64,000 nt of DNA, taken from positions 2,238-66,237 of the forward strand of contig MGVE01000013.1 in NCBI GenBank assembly GCA_001800315.1. Reading direction: 5' to 3'. Source of the stretch: Elusimicrobia bacterium RIFOXYA2_FULL_47_53 (GTDB lineage: Bacteria > Elusimicrobiota > Endomicrobiia > Endomicrobiales > XYA2-FULL-47-53). The position numbers were made by a program, and so were the translations under genes. Shown piece by piece: positions 9,305 to 18,837 of the stretch. Numbering within the stretch: the stretch's first letter is position 1; each line of letters starts with the position of its first letter. Under the pieces are notes generated by a model. That model saw only the letters and a list, made by a program, of their open reading frames with translations. It was not told the DNA's origin and ran no database searches.

Positions 9305-10405
9305 TTATTTATAAGCGTATGGTTTTATGATAAAATCCCGGAACTCACCCGGATTCCCGCTCTTTCCCGACTCCGCAGCTTTGATAATATTGTACATTTC
9401 GCGCGCCGTCACATAGTGAAGAGAGTAAATCTTCCCGTCATTGTAATTCTTCTCAAGATATGAATACATCTCATCGGCAACTGCCCCGAAATTCGCCTCC
9501 CATGACTCTTCCGGAGCGCCGTGCGTGTGGAGTTTTATCAATTTCCATTCAGGGAGGCCTTTTACGGCGATCGCGTTGTTTATCCAGTAATCTATCCTTC
9601 CGTGAGCCGGAAGATCACTTTTTCCCAGGTTTGATGATTCAATTGACGGTTTGAACCGGTGAGTCCTTGATCTCCAGCGAAATCCGATTATCCCCGGTAT
9701 CATCATCAAATCGCCCCACGAACCACCCACTGCGCGCACTTCTTTCCCTTTATTATAGGACTTCGGTTTAACCGGATCGTCTTTACAGTAGTAAACCTTG
9801 TTTATCATCGCTGGCTGTGCTTCTCCTAACGACGGGAATGTGAAATCGGCGTAACAACCGCATTCCTTAAGTATCTTGATCTCATCGTTAACTCCGCATA
9901 TTTCCGGACCCCGGGAATTGTCAAGCGACCAGTCGCCGTGGATGAAACCGAATGTTCTGCTCCCGTCCGGCTGACAGAATATCCCGTGTTTTGAATAATC
10001 TTCAATGCATTTCAGTATCTTTGCCCTGAGCGTTTCTGACATGTCCGGGAACGGATCCATCCGGTTATGATGCATATGCATTTCTATCTCGCCGTACTCA
10101 CCCCTGCAAAGAACCGTCAGATCGTTTAAAAACCGCATATCATGATGAGGCGGGTAAAACCAGGTGTGTTGCGGCTTGACGCCGTCCGCGTCTTTATGTT
10201 TATCCGCCATTGACGGATAATTCCTCGCCCATGAATCCACCCTTGACGCAGCTGTACCGGGATCGGCCTTGCCGTGCCCCGGCTCAAAATGGTCCACCAC
10301 GCAGATAATGATATGGGATGTTCCGGACGCTCTCGTCCGTCCGCCGCGAAATAATCGCTGCAATGCGTATGGGACCAGCCATTTACCGTAACCCTTGGAA
10401 CTCAT
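9305..10405 (-). CDS. Polysaccharide-deacetylase-like / metal-hydrolase-like protein, paralog B (no TM anchor)
   Basis: 366 aa. Motifs VDHFEP, EMHMHHNR, FIHGDWSLDNS, CGVNDEIKILKECGCYADFTFPS, KLHTHG. Collinear with the 2834..3943 product. Confidence 0.55.
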   Translation of the reverse strand: MSSKGYGKWLVPYALQRLFRGGRTRASGTSHIIICVVDHFEPGHGKADPGTAASRVDSWARNYPSMADKHKDADGVKPQHTWFYPPHHDMRFLNDLTVLCRGEYGEIEMHMHHNRMDPFPDMSETLRAKILKCIEDYSKHGIFCQPDGSRTFGFIHGDWSLDNSRGPEICGVNDEIKILKECGCYADFTFPSLGEAQPAMINKVYYCKDDPVKPKSYNKGKEVRAVGGSWGDLMMIPGIIGFRWRSRTHRFKPSIESSNLGKSDLPAHGRIDYWINNAIAVKGLPEWKLIKLHTHGAPEESWEANFGAVADEMYSYLEKNYNDGKIYSLHYVTAREMYNIIKAAESGKSGNPGEFRDFIIKPYAYK

Positions 10406-10416
10406 TTACATTTTCC

Positions 10417-11352
10417 TTATTGTCCGGGCTTGCCGGCGCTCTTCGCGCCTGAGCCGATGATTCTTGCAATGATTATAGGAAGAAGGATCAATGTCTCTAT
10501 CCTTGAAATAAAATACAACGGATTCATCACTGCGGAAATGAACAAATATCTGAGAGCCGCGGCTTTATTGCCGGATGTCAGAGACGCATTCGCCGCGAAA
10601 AAATACCTGTCGCTGTATGCTTTTTTTCTGAGGAACCACCCATAGTCATTTTTGTTGTCTTTGAATACCTTTCCCAGCACAGCCAAAGCGTTGCGCAGCA
10701 TTCTTTCGGCATTGCCTTCCGAAGACATGCTATTCCCTGTTATTCTTATTTTTGTCAGCGGCTCTTCGATTATGGCAACTCCATATTCCATTGAAATCCT
10801 CAACCACATATCCCAGTCTTCGGAAGCCGTAAGGCTCTCGTCAAACATACCCGCTTTCTTGAAGCATTCCCTTCTCGCGACAACTCCGCTACCGCTTCCG
10901 CTGATCACATTCCGGATTATCAGGCGTTCAGCCAGGTCCTTACTATTCTTAAATTGGTTGCCCCTGGCAGTCCTTATGATATTACCGTCGTCATCAAAGT
11001 TTATGTACCCGCAGCCCACCAACCCAATATTCAAGTCATCGAAATACTTCATCTGCCGTTCCAGCTTTTCAGGCAGCCACATATCATCCGCGTCCAGAAA
11101 AGCCACATACTCAGCCTTAGATTCCCTTATTCCCATATTCCTGGCGGCGGACAGCCCCCGGTTATTCTGATATATATATTTGATCTTTCCACCGTACTTA
11201 CCAAGTGCCTCTTTAGTACCGTCTGCGGAACCGTCATCAACGACTATTACCTCGACATTCCCGTAACTCTGTCGCAATACGCTCTCAATGGCGTCGCAAA
11301 CGCACTTTCCATGATTATAGGTAGGTATCACGGCTGTGACCAGAGGCGGCAT
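10417..11352 (-). CDS. Family-2 glycosyltransferase (soluble GT-A type)
   Basis: 311 aa. Motifs VTAVIPTYNHGKCV, VIVVDDGSADGT, AFLDADDMW. Confidence 0.8.
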   Translation of the reverse strand: MPPLVTAVIPTYNHGKCVCDAIESVLRQSYGNVEVIVVDDGSADGTKEALGKYGGKIKYIYQNNRGLSAARNMGIRESKAEYVAFLDADDMWLPEKLERQMKYFDDLNIGLVGCGYINFDDDGNIIRTARGNQFKNSKDLAERLIIRNVISGSGSGVVARRECFKKAGMFDESLTASEDWDMWLRISMEYGVAIIEEPLTKIRITGNSMSSEGNAERMLRNALAVLGKVFKDNKNDYGWFLRKKAYSDRYFFAANASLTSGNKAAALRYLFISAVMNPLYFISRIETLILLPIIIARIIGSGAKSAGKPGQ

Positions 11353-12639
11353 CTATCCCCCCTCTTTCGCATAGCGCGCCGCCATCTTTGCGGCGACGCA
11401 ACAATTAACCGACAGAGCTTTAATTCTATCCGGGGTTATGTACTCCTTCTGTTCGTCTGCCTCGTTCACAAGCCTTATCAACTTATCGTAGCTTTCCCCT
11501 GCGTCAAACGCGTATTTGTCATTGTTGAAAACATTGTGTAGCCCCAGTGTCTTCAATTTGTAGTACTCGTCCTGGTAAATTCCGATGGTCGGAATGCACT
11601 GAGTGATCGCGAACAGATTAAAGTGGTAAGAGACCCCGATAGCCAGGTCAGCCATTCCTATAAGAGCCTTTATTTCCTGAGGGCTGTGTAACTTCCTTAA
11701 AATCCCTATATTGTTGTTATTACTCATACCCGCTTCGCTTATCAACTCCAAACCATTATCCGCGTCTTGGGAAACATTATCCCCAGCTTTAGCCATTGAA
11801 ATAAAAAGTATGTAACATTTTTTGGCGTTCAGCTCCTTTAACAGCTTTATCAGCATTTCTTTTAAATGCTGGTTCTGCCCTTTTTCCTTCCACCACGCCC
11901 TGGCGTTAAAAGCAACGATCTTTCCGTATTTTGCAATATTATCCGGGCATATACCTTCGCCTTTCAATATCTCGCGTACAGTTCCTTTCTCGGCCGATTC
12001 CAAAAGGAACGCGTCATCAACACAATCCTTTATCTGGGCGTTTCTTACCCTGACCTTGCCGGTGAGATATTCCCTGGAGAACAGGTTGTCCCTTACGGTA
12101 ATGAATGTGTCACGGAAAACTCTTCTCAGCATCATGAACGACCAGCCGCCTCTTAAGGGGCCTATACTCTGTGCCCCAAGGAAACATTTCTTTCCCAACG
12201 CCTTGGCAATTAGCAATTCTGATGCAATATGATAATAGTAATAATGATCCGTGAAGGTGCCGCCACCACACACAACAAACGCATCAGAGCTGTGAATATT
12301 AATGAGGAATTCCCTTTCGCTTTCTGAAACCCAAACAGGACTTTTATTCTTTGACATTCTTAGAGCGTTAATAATCATTTTAATTATAAATAAAACATAA
12401 AATGCCTGAGATAGCCTCCAACTCCACGCAAATTGACCTTTATTGATCTCCTTGAACAACCTGCCCAGATTAGGCAAAATATTCCCGTCATACAACTTTC
12501 TCGCCTTATCGGGATCCGGGGACAGTACGGCAATGTCGGTTATGCCGTTATCCAAAAATGTCCGCTTATTGGATATCAAAATAGCATCATCGCCTAAATT
12601 ACCGTGCCCGAGTCCTGATGTTATCGTAATCTTTGACAT
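11353..12639 (-). CDS. Polysaccharide pyruvyl transferase family protein (CsaB/WcaK-like)
   Basis: 428 aa. Motifs LGHGNLGDDAIL, VCGGGTFTD and VSYHFNLFA match the pattern I recall for the pyruvyl-transferase family. Abuts the downstream GT2 with no gap. Confidence 0.6.
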   Translation of the reverse strand: MSKITITSGLGHGNLGDDAILISNKRTFLDNGITDIAVLSPDPDKARKLYDGNILPNLGRLFKEINKGQFAWSWRLSQAFYVLFIIKMIINALRMSKNKSPVWVSESEREFLINIHSSDAFVVCGGGTFTDHYYYYHIASELLIAKALGKKCFLGAQSIGPLRGGWSFMMLRRVFRDTFITVRDNLFSREYLTGKVRVRNAQIKDCVDDAFLLESAEKGTVREILKGEGICPDNIAKYGKIVAFNARAWWKEKGQNQHLKEMLIKLLKELNAKKCYILFISMAKAGDNVSQDADNGLELISEAGMSNNNNIGILRKLHSPQEIKALIGMADLAIGVSYHFNLFAITQCIPTIGIYQDEYYKLKTLGLHNVFNNDKYAFDAGESYDKLIRLVNEADEQKEYITPDRIKALSVNCCVAAKMAARYAKEGG

Positions 12640-12673
12640 ATTCTCTTCCTATATACTACCTTTTCCGCAGCGT

Positions 12674-14203
12674 TCAGTTCCCGTGACGCGTAAATATAAA
12701 ATACATCCTCGCCACAGACCTGAAATAATCGCGCTCGTTTTTATTGAACCCAATAAAAAATGCCGTGATGACAAACACCGCTAACGCCGAAACCGCAAGT
12801 ACCATGATCCTTGTGTAATCTGGGGTGACGAAGCGTCTTAAAACAATCCACAAGACCGTTATTATTAACATTGACTTTATCATAACCGGCAAAAGCACAT
12901 TCAAATAGTAATAACTCACTTTCAACCGGATCGCTTTACATGTATATATTGGCTGTATGAATAGTTTAACCGTTATCATGGGGATAGCAGTCCCTAAGGC
13001 AACCCCCAATATCCCGTAATATTTGACAAGCACTACGCTCGCAATAAGATTTAATATCCCCTCTATCGAATTAGAGACAGTGAAAAACTTATGCTTCGAA
13101 ATACCGAACAGCATTTGTATGGATGGGACCTGCATCAGCGCGAATATCCTCGGTATCAGCAGTACAAGAATGACCGAATACGACACAAGATATTCAGGCC
13201 CGGCCCAGCGTATTATGAATTCTCTTGAGAATATCGCCAGCAGCCCGCCTACCAGAAATGAAAGGTATCCGTTGATCTTAGTCATGAAGAGATACTTCTC
13301 TTTCAAAAGATCATACTGTTCGGCCGCGTGATACTGGCTGAATACCGGAGCCAGCATGCCGGTAGCAGCGGATATGAATTCCGAAAAATAAGCAATAAAC
13401 CGCGCCCCTATAGAATAGGGCGTGACACTACTGAGTCCGATAAATACGGTAATAACAAGATTGTCTATATTGAAACGCAGCTGATCGGCGACTTGAGCCA
13501 CAAAGGTATATACGCTGTAGCCGAAAAGCGTGCGAATCCTGCTCTTGTCAAAATATCTACTTGACAGGACAATATGCTTATATAGCTTTCTAACGATGAA
13601 ATACTTTACGGAGTACGCGTAGATGTCAAGGGTTGCCGTAATAACAGCAAGGGCAATCACTCCGTAACCATCAAGCAGGAATATGTATATCAGCAAGGTT
13701 CTTATCGCAAGCTTGCTCAGGTCCACCATACTGCTCAACTCAAAACGGATATTGGCAGCAAGGATGCCCGCGAACACCCGAAGCGGAAACCCTATCGAGA
13801 AATTTATGCCCAAAATCAGGATCAGTTTCCTGAACAGGCTTACTTCTGTAATGTTAACAACCAGCAACGGCACAATAAAAGCAACTACAAACGACATGAT
13901 CAGCGCGAATCCGCCGATAACGGTGAAGACGCCCAATGCCGTGTTGCATATCCTGTTCTCTTCTTCTATATCATTCGTTCCGACTGCCTTTGAAATGAAG
14001 CGTTGAACCGCGGAGTTGAGGCCGAAATCCATCAACCCGTAATAACCCAGAAATGAACCGACAAATATCCAAAGGCCGTACATGTGATCGCCGAGAGAAT
14101 GTATGATAAACGGCATCATCACGATACCAATCACGGCGTTCGCGATAAACTCGGTGCTTCTTAAAAACGAACCGCTGATAAGACTTTTAGCTTTTTTTGA
14201 CAT
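12674..14203 (-). CDS. Wzx-type flippase (MOP/polysaccharide biosynthesis protein family)
   Basis: 509 aa, about 12-14 hydrophobic helices. N-terminus SLISGSFLRSTEFIANAVIGIVMMPFIIHSLG is typical of oligosaccharide flippases. Confidence 0.75.
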   Translation of the reverse strand: MSKKAKSLISGSFLRSTEFIANAVIGIVMMPFIIHSLGDHMYGLWIFVGSFLGYYGLMDFGLNSAVQRFISKAVGTNDIEEENRICNTALGVFTVIGGFALIMSFVVAFIVPLLVVNITEVSLFRKLILILGINFSIGFPLRVFAGILAANIRFELSSMVDLSKLAIRTLLIYIFLLDGYGVIALAVITATLDIYAYSVKYFIVRKLYKHIVLSSRYFDKSRIRTLFGYSVYTFVAQVADQLRFNIDNLVITVFIGLSSVTPYSIGARFIAYFSEFISAATGMLAPVFSQYHAAEQYDLLKEKYLFMTKINGYLSFLVGGLLAIFSREFIIRWAGPEYLVSYSVILVLLIPRIFALMQVPSIQMLFGISKHKFFTVSNSIEGILNLIASVVLVKYYGILGVALGTAIPMITVKLFIQPIYTCKAIRLKVSYYYLNVLLPVMIKSMLIITVLWIVLRRFVTPDYTRIMVLAVSALAVFVITAFFIGFNKNERDYFRSVARMYFIFTRHGN

Positions 14204-14250
14204 GATTTTTGATTTTCTTTTGATAAGTTACCGACTAAATACTGAAAAGC

Positions 14251-15447
14251 TCAACTAATATTTGCGTCTAACTCTGTCCATCCTGCCGGGTTTAACAGAT
14301 TTTGCTTTACCGCTACAGCCAGCGCTATCAGCACATACAGGATATAGAATTGGTACCTGTTTGAAAAAAAGGCGCAGACGCAGAAACCGGCCAGCGAAGA
14401 GCAGATGAATTTATAGAGCATCGCGGCAATACTGTTATTACTTTTCCCTGATATATTCTTCATTCTTATCAAATACACTAAAGGATAGGACACCAGAAGG
14501 AGAAAGAATACGCCGCCGAATATTCCCGATTCGGCAAATACCTGCAGCAGTGTGTTATGCGGCTGCATTCCAGGGATACCTCCGTATTGCCTCACATAGG
14601 TTGTGAACTCCCCTGGGCCGACTCCGAATACCGGATGATCCTTCAGCATACTTAATCCGACCTTCCATTGCTCAATGCGGTTTTCAGAAGAACTGTCGCC
14701 ACTGAGGGCATTGAGATCGCTTCGGCTAAGGACATTCGTTATACCAACAGCAAACACCCCTGCCAGCAACCCGGCAAATAATATGGCCCTAAACAGTTTT
14801 GGCATGCGTTCAGAAAAATACAAACTTAACACCCCGACAGCAAGCAATCCCAGCAAACCGTTTCGCGAACCCGTAAACAAAATATTGAACGCGAACATCC
14901 CTGCCAAACCCAAATAAATAGTTTTTGAGACGAACGACCCGGCCGTATTAGCGAGAAGAAGCGCGAGCGGTATTACCGAAACCAGTATGATTGCGATATC
15001 GTTGGGGTTTGAATACCACCCGAATCCTCCCGCCCTGATGCCAGGCATGTAAACAACCACATATTTGGATATGGAATAATACGACAAATATGCAACCGCA
15101 AACACTATAACAGCGGCAATGCTTCTTACCTTGTTTTCATCAACAACCGATTGAGTAATAAGAAAGTATACTATGCCCAGCCGCAGCCATAAGTTAAACG
15201 CCTCTATCCCACCCCCGAGCCAAAGCAAGGAAGCACTGAGTACCTGCATAACGACAAACAGAAGAAAATACCAATTCACTTTCTCCGCGAAAAACGGTTC
15301 CTTATTATGCTTTCTTGAAAATATATATCCCAAAAGCGCGAATATCGCGGAGTTTCTCAAAGGCTGATACTTTTCCAAAATCGGCCATACTTCCGCAGGC
15401 TGAAAAAACATTATGAATATGGTTAGACACAACAGAAAGAATGCCAC
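14251..15447 (-). CDS. O-antigen ligase / Wzy-like polymerase family membrane protein
   Basis: 398 aa, polytopic. TGSRNGLLGLLAVG loop followed by a large periplasmic-type loop (SSENRIEQWKVGLSMLKDHPVFGVGPGEF), as in Wzy_C domain proteins. Confidence 0.65.
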   Translation of the reverse strand: MAFFLLCLTIFIMFFQPAEVWPILEKYQPLRNSAIFALLGYIFSRKHNKEPFFAEKVNWYFLLFVVMQVLSASLLWLGGGIEAFNLWLRLGIVYFLITQSVVDENKVRSIAAVIVFAVAYLSYYSISKYVVVYMPGIRAGGFGWYSNPNDIAIILVSVIPLALLLANTAGSFVSKTIYLGLAGMFAFNILFTGSRNGLLGLLAVGVLSLYFSERMPKLFRAILFAGLLAGVFAVGITNVLSRSDLNALSGDSSSENRIEQWKVGLSMLKDHPVFGVGPGEFTTYVRQYGGIPGMQPHNTLLQVFAESGIFGGVFFLLLVSYPLVYLIRMKNISGKSNNSIAAMLYKFICSSLAGFCVCAFFSNRYQFYILYVLIALAVAVKQNLLNPAGWTELDANIS

Positions 15448-15462
15448 ATGACCGCCTTAGCC

Positions 15463-16608
15463 CTATTTCTCAAAAAATCGTAAGTACATTTTTTCGTATG
15501 TCCACACCATCTTATCTAGTGAATATTTCCTTTTAATAAGGCTTCTTGCTTCTCGGGACATCTCGTTCCTGGCACTTTTATCCTTGAACATAGCGTATAT
15601 TCTGTCGCATAAATCGTCCGTGTCATTATAATCAACTATATATCCATTCTTGCCGTCCGCTATAAGTTCCGATGTGCCTATTGAAGGGGTCGATATTACG
15701 GGAACTCCGGACGACATAGCTTCAAGTATAACATTTGACATGCCTTCCTTATCCGGTATACTGGTAAGAACCAGCGCATCCGCAAAGGATAATATCGCCG
15801 GTATGTCATCGCGGCGGCCAAGGAAGGCGACATATTCCTTTATTCCCGCTTCCGCGCTATATCTTTCCAGCATTTCCCGATCAGGACCTTCACCGACAAA
15901 GACAACATCAACTTCCGCGTCGGCGTACTTTTCATATAACCTCTTTACAGCTTTCAGCAGGAATATCTGGTTTTTCAGGGGTTTCAGGCTGCCTATACTG
16001 CTTATAAACATTGTTGTATCGGAAAATGAAATCCGGTTTTTCTCTCTTAATTCCTTCTTCAAAGGCCCGGTATCGGCTTCCCCGTTAAAAAGGTTGGTAT
16101 TTACGCCGTTGTCTATTACCGTGACCTTGCCGGGATCCATACCTATCTCGGTAACTATCCTTTTCTTCAACGATTCCGACACAGAAAGTGTAGCGTCGCA
16201 CAAATAGGACAGCATCCTTTGGATGAATATTTGATAAGGCCTATTGAATGTCGCCCCGTGTTCCCCGTTGACAACTACTGGAACACCAGCCAATTTCGCC
16301 CCCATTATCCCGTCAAAAGAACATGCGCCCCAACCATGCGTATGCACAACATCCGGCTTTTCCTTCATGAAATACTTTGCCACAAACAAAAAGCGAGACA
16401 AATACCTTCCTTCGCTATAACCCATATTATGAACCTTAATATCTGGTTTTATCCTGGATATCATGGGCCCGGTATCTTTTACGCAGAGAATTGATGGCAC
16501 GAACAATGACCTATTCAGATCATTGCAAATGTTAACAACTCCGTTTTCCATCCCCCCGACATCAAACTTACTGAGGACATGACATACTTTGTATTTTCTG
16601 TTTGCCAT
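15463..16608 (-). CDS. Family-4 (GT-B) glycosyltransferase
   Basis: 381 aa. Motif KEGMSNVILEAMSSGVPVISTPSIGTSELI. Confidence 0.8.
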   Translation of the reverse strand: MANRKYKVCHVLSKFDVGGMENGVVNICNDLNRSLFVPSILCVKDTGPMISRIKPDIKVHNMGYSEGRYLSRFLFVAKYFMKEKPDVVHTHGWGACSFDGIMGAKLAGVPVVVNGEHGATFNRPYQIFIQRMLSYLCDATLSVSESLKKRIVTEIGMDPGKVTVIDNGVNTNLFNGEADTGPLKKELREKNRISFSDTTMFISSIGSLKPLKNQIFLLKAVKRLYEKYADAEVDVVFVGEGPDREMLERYSAEAGIKEYVAFLGRRDDIPAILSFADALVLTSIPDKEGMSNVILEAMSSGVPVISTPSIGTSELIADGKNGYIVDYNDTDDLCDRIYAMFKDKSARNEMSREARSLIKRKYSLDKMVWTYEKMYLRFFEK

Positions 16609-16630
16609 ATTTTACCTTATATTACCTGAA

Positions 16631-17698
16631 TTACAGGTCCATTTCTGCGTCAAACAAGAACCAGCTTTTTTCATCTGACAATAACAGCGCAGTCTCAGCC
16701 GGAACTGCCTTGTCAATGAAAATCATGCAGGTCCTCGCGTAAGGGCGTCTGATAAAGTTAATATGCTCTATTTCTTTTACAAACTGTTTATTGCCAAGAT
16801 AGGATATCGATATTGAAGAGGCTTTCATCATTCTCATGGCAAGAGAGAAATTTAAAAGTATCCGGCGTGTCGTCTTAGGTTCAACCGCATTCATTTCCAT
16901 GACAGTAGCAATATTATCCCGTATGGTAAATACGACAAAAGCCTTAATATCCCTCTTTTCGCCGTCAAAAAGACAAAAATACCTAAACTCTCCGGTGGGA
17001 TAGTCGGAATAGCGCCAGTTCAGGTATGAGGAACTCTTGGTTCCCAATACCCTGCAATTCTTTTCTGTGTTCTCCCACAGCGCGTCGAAACGCTCATCGG
17101 CTCTGTCCAGGGTTTCACAGATCTCATTGTTCGAGACAAAAGCCGCGCGGCTCCTGTCCTGTATTTCAAGAATTCTGTTTACAACCGCAGCTATCAGCTT
17201 TACCAGTGTTTTGTTCTTTACATATCCCGATAGCTTACCTTCAGAATCTAGCAGTTTTACCCAGTTCCCTGCCTCACCTACAACGCGGTATCCAGCGCGC
17301 GTAAATACACCCCTTGACGCCTTGTTCGGATACGCGAACACGAAGCTGTAGCCAACTTCGGCGATCCCTTCCACCACCGACCGCTGCAGGCTTAACGCCG
17401 GCCCGAACACACGATATTTCTTATCGATAGCAAAGTTAACGGCAATCCCACCCTTTACCTTTACGCCGCCTACATCGAACATTCTGGGATATATCGAACC
17501 GCTTCCGATCATCTCGTTATTCTCGGGAAGTACCGCGACGCATGTTTTTGGAGCTCCCTCAGGATTCTTCCCGTAAAGCCAGATGAATCTCTGCGGGGCC
17601 ATACTTGAAAGGTTCCTTGACCATAGCGCCACAAGAGCGGTTTCGCAATCCGCAATGACCCTGCACGTCTGAATATCCTTTATCTCATAACCGCTCAT
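16631..17698 (-). CDS. GNAT-fold / FemAB-like acyl(aminoacyl)transferase
   Basis: 355 aa. N-terminal half resembles a GNAT domain (GGIAVNFAIDKKYRVFGPALSLQRSVVE...FAYPNKASRGVFTRAGYRVVG). Size and two-domain layout are similar to the FemAB-related proteins described for PEP-CTERM loci. Tentative. Confidence 0.5.
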   Translation of the reverse strand: MSGYEIKDIQTCRVIADCETALVALWSRNLSSMAPQRFIWLYGKNPEGAPKTCVAVLPENNEMIGSGSIYPRMFDVGGVKVKGGIAVNFAIDKKYRVFGPALSLQRSVVEGIAEVGYSFVFAYPNKASRGVFTRAGYRVVGEAGNWVKLLDSEGKLSGYVKNKTLVKLIAAVVNRILEIQDRSRAAFVSNNEICETLDRADERFDALWENTEKNCRVLGTKSSSYLNWRYSDYPTGEFRYFCLFDGEKRDIKAFVVFTIRDNIATVMEMNAVEPKTTRRILLNFSLAMRMMKASSISISYLGNKQFVKEIEHINFIRRPYARTCMIFIDKAVPAETALLLSDEKSWFLFDAEMDL

Positions 17699-17730
17699 AT
17701 TGCCCTTTGCGCCATCAGTTCATGTTAGCC

Positions 17731-18564
17731 TTATCTGCCAGCCTCTGCGCCTATGAATTCCAACAACCGCCTCGCTACGACCTCTCTACCGGTTTTATTC
17801 AGGTGTCCGCCGTCATCGGTATATATATGCGCCAGCGACGGATATATTTTTCCGCGCAGCTTGAAACCGGATGACTTTCCACCCGCATACTCTGCCTCGT
17901 AACGCGCGAGATCGAACAATCTACCGGTGGAAGCAAATTTATTTCTCATCATTTCGTTGTATTCCGTTCTCTTAATGTTGTCTTCGTCGCCCCAGACATT
18001 CAAACCCAGTATTCTTTTGAATCCTGCTTTTGGACCTCCGATCACTTCCCTCAGCGGGACAGTAAAGTGAATAAATCTTACTTTAGGGAACTTTGATTCC
18101 AGATACGCCATTACCTTGGCGTAATGGGCAAAAAGCGCTTTTGTATCGGTTTCAGCCGAAATATCAATATAGCATAATTTAAAGAAAGCAATCTCAACCC
18201 TGTTACCCACCCCGGAATCCATGGTCTTCTTGAATCCGTCCATCTTTGTCAGCGGCTCCTTGTTCCTGCCAATAGCGGAATGCGCAAATACCGGAGCGCC
18301 GAAATCCTTCACGCTTGAAGTTTCGACAATCCTGATTATTCCGCTGTCCGCCCCCCCGAGAAGTTCATTAATCCCAACGACTATATTGTAACCTACAGAC
18401 TGGTGGCCAAAAAATACTTTTTTTGAGGAGATTAATTCTATTTGCCTGTCTAAATTCACCTGCACCCCTTCATTGGCGGCCATACCCTGCCTCCCGCATG
18501 ACTGAAACAATAAAATGCCTGATAACACCAGAAGAAACAACCACGGCTTTTGATAGTTATTCAT
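17731..18564 (-). CDS. Secreted SGNH/GDSL-like esterase (tentative)
   Basis: 277 aa with a signal peptide. FFGHQSVGYN (block-I-like Ser) and C-terminal DDGGHLNKTG (DxxH-like catalytic block). Confidence 0.45.
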   Translation of the reverse strand: MNNYQKPWLFLLVLSGILLFQSCGRQGMAANEGVQVNLDRQIELISSKKVFFGHQSVGYNIVVGINELLGGADSGIIRIVETSSVKDFGAPVFAHSAIGRNKEPLTKMDGFKKTMDSGVGNRVEIAFFKLCYIDISAETDTKALFAHYAKVMAYLESKFPKVRFIHFTVPLREVIGGPKAGFKRILGLNVWGDEDNIKRTEYNEMMRNKFASTGRLFDLARYEAEYAGGKSSGFKLRGKIYPSLAHIYTDDGGHLNKTGREVVARRLLEFIGAEAGR

Positions 18565-18837
18565 ATTTGTTTAAGTTATAAGTTTTAAGTTGTAAGTCAT
18601 AAGTGAACGGCGAACTTCTGGGTCGTCATACCTTTTCCCAACAACTGAGATCCTTCTCTCCCTTCGGGAGATCAGGATGACGGCTTTTTTGGGGTCGTCA
18701 TACCAGCGGAAGCTGGTATCCAGTGGTTTTTCTGGATCCCAGACAAAACATTTCTGGGATGACAACGCTTTACGGACGCTGAGCAAGCTCAGCAGCTACA
18801 AAACCAACTAACTGCGAGATTCTGCGAAGCAGCAGTC
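18565..18837. repeat. Mosaic hairpin-repeat array A
   Basis: Chain of short stem-loops. Examples: ataccagc-ggaa-gctggtat (18700-18719), atcccaga-caaaacatt-tctgggat (18736-18760), tctccc-ttcg-ggaga, gctgagc-aa-gctcagc. The modules recur in arrays at 19.8-20.7, 25.8-26.4, 36.7-36.9 and 38.1-38.2 kb. Confidence 0.85.
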
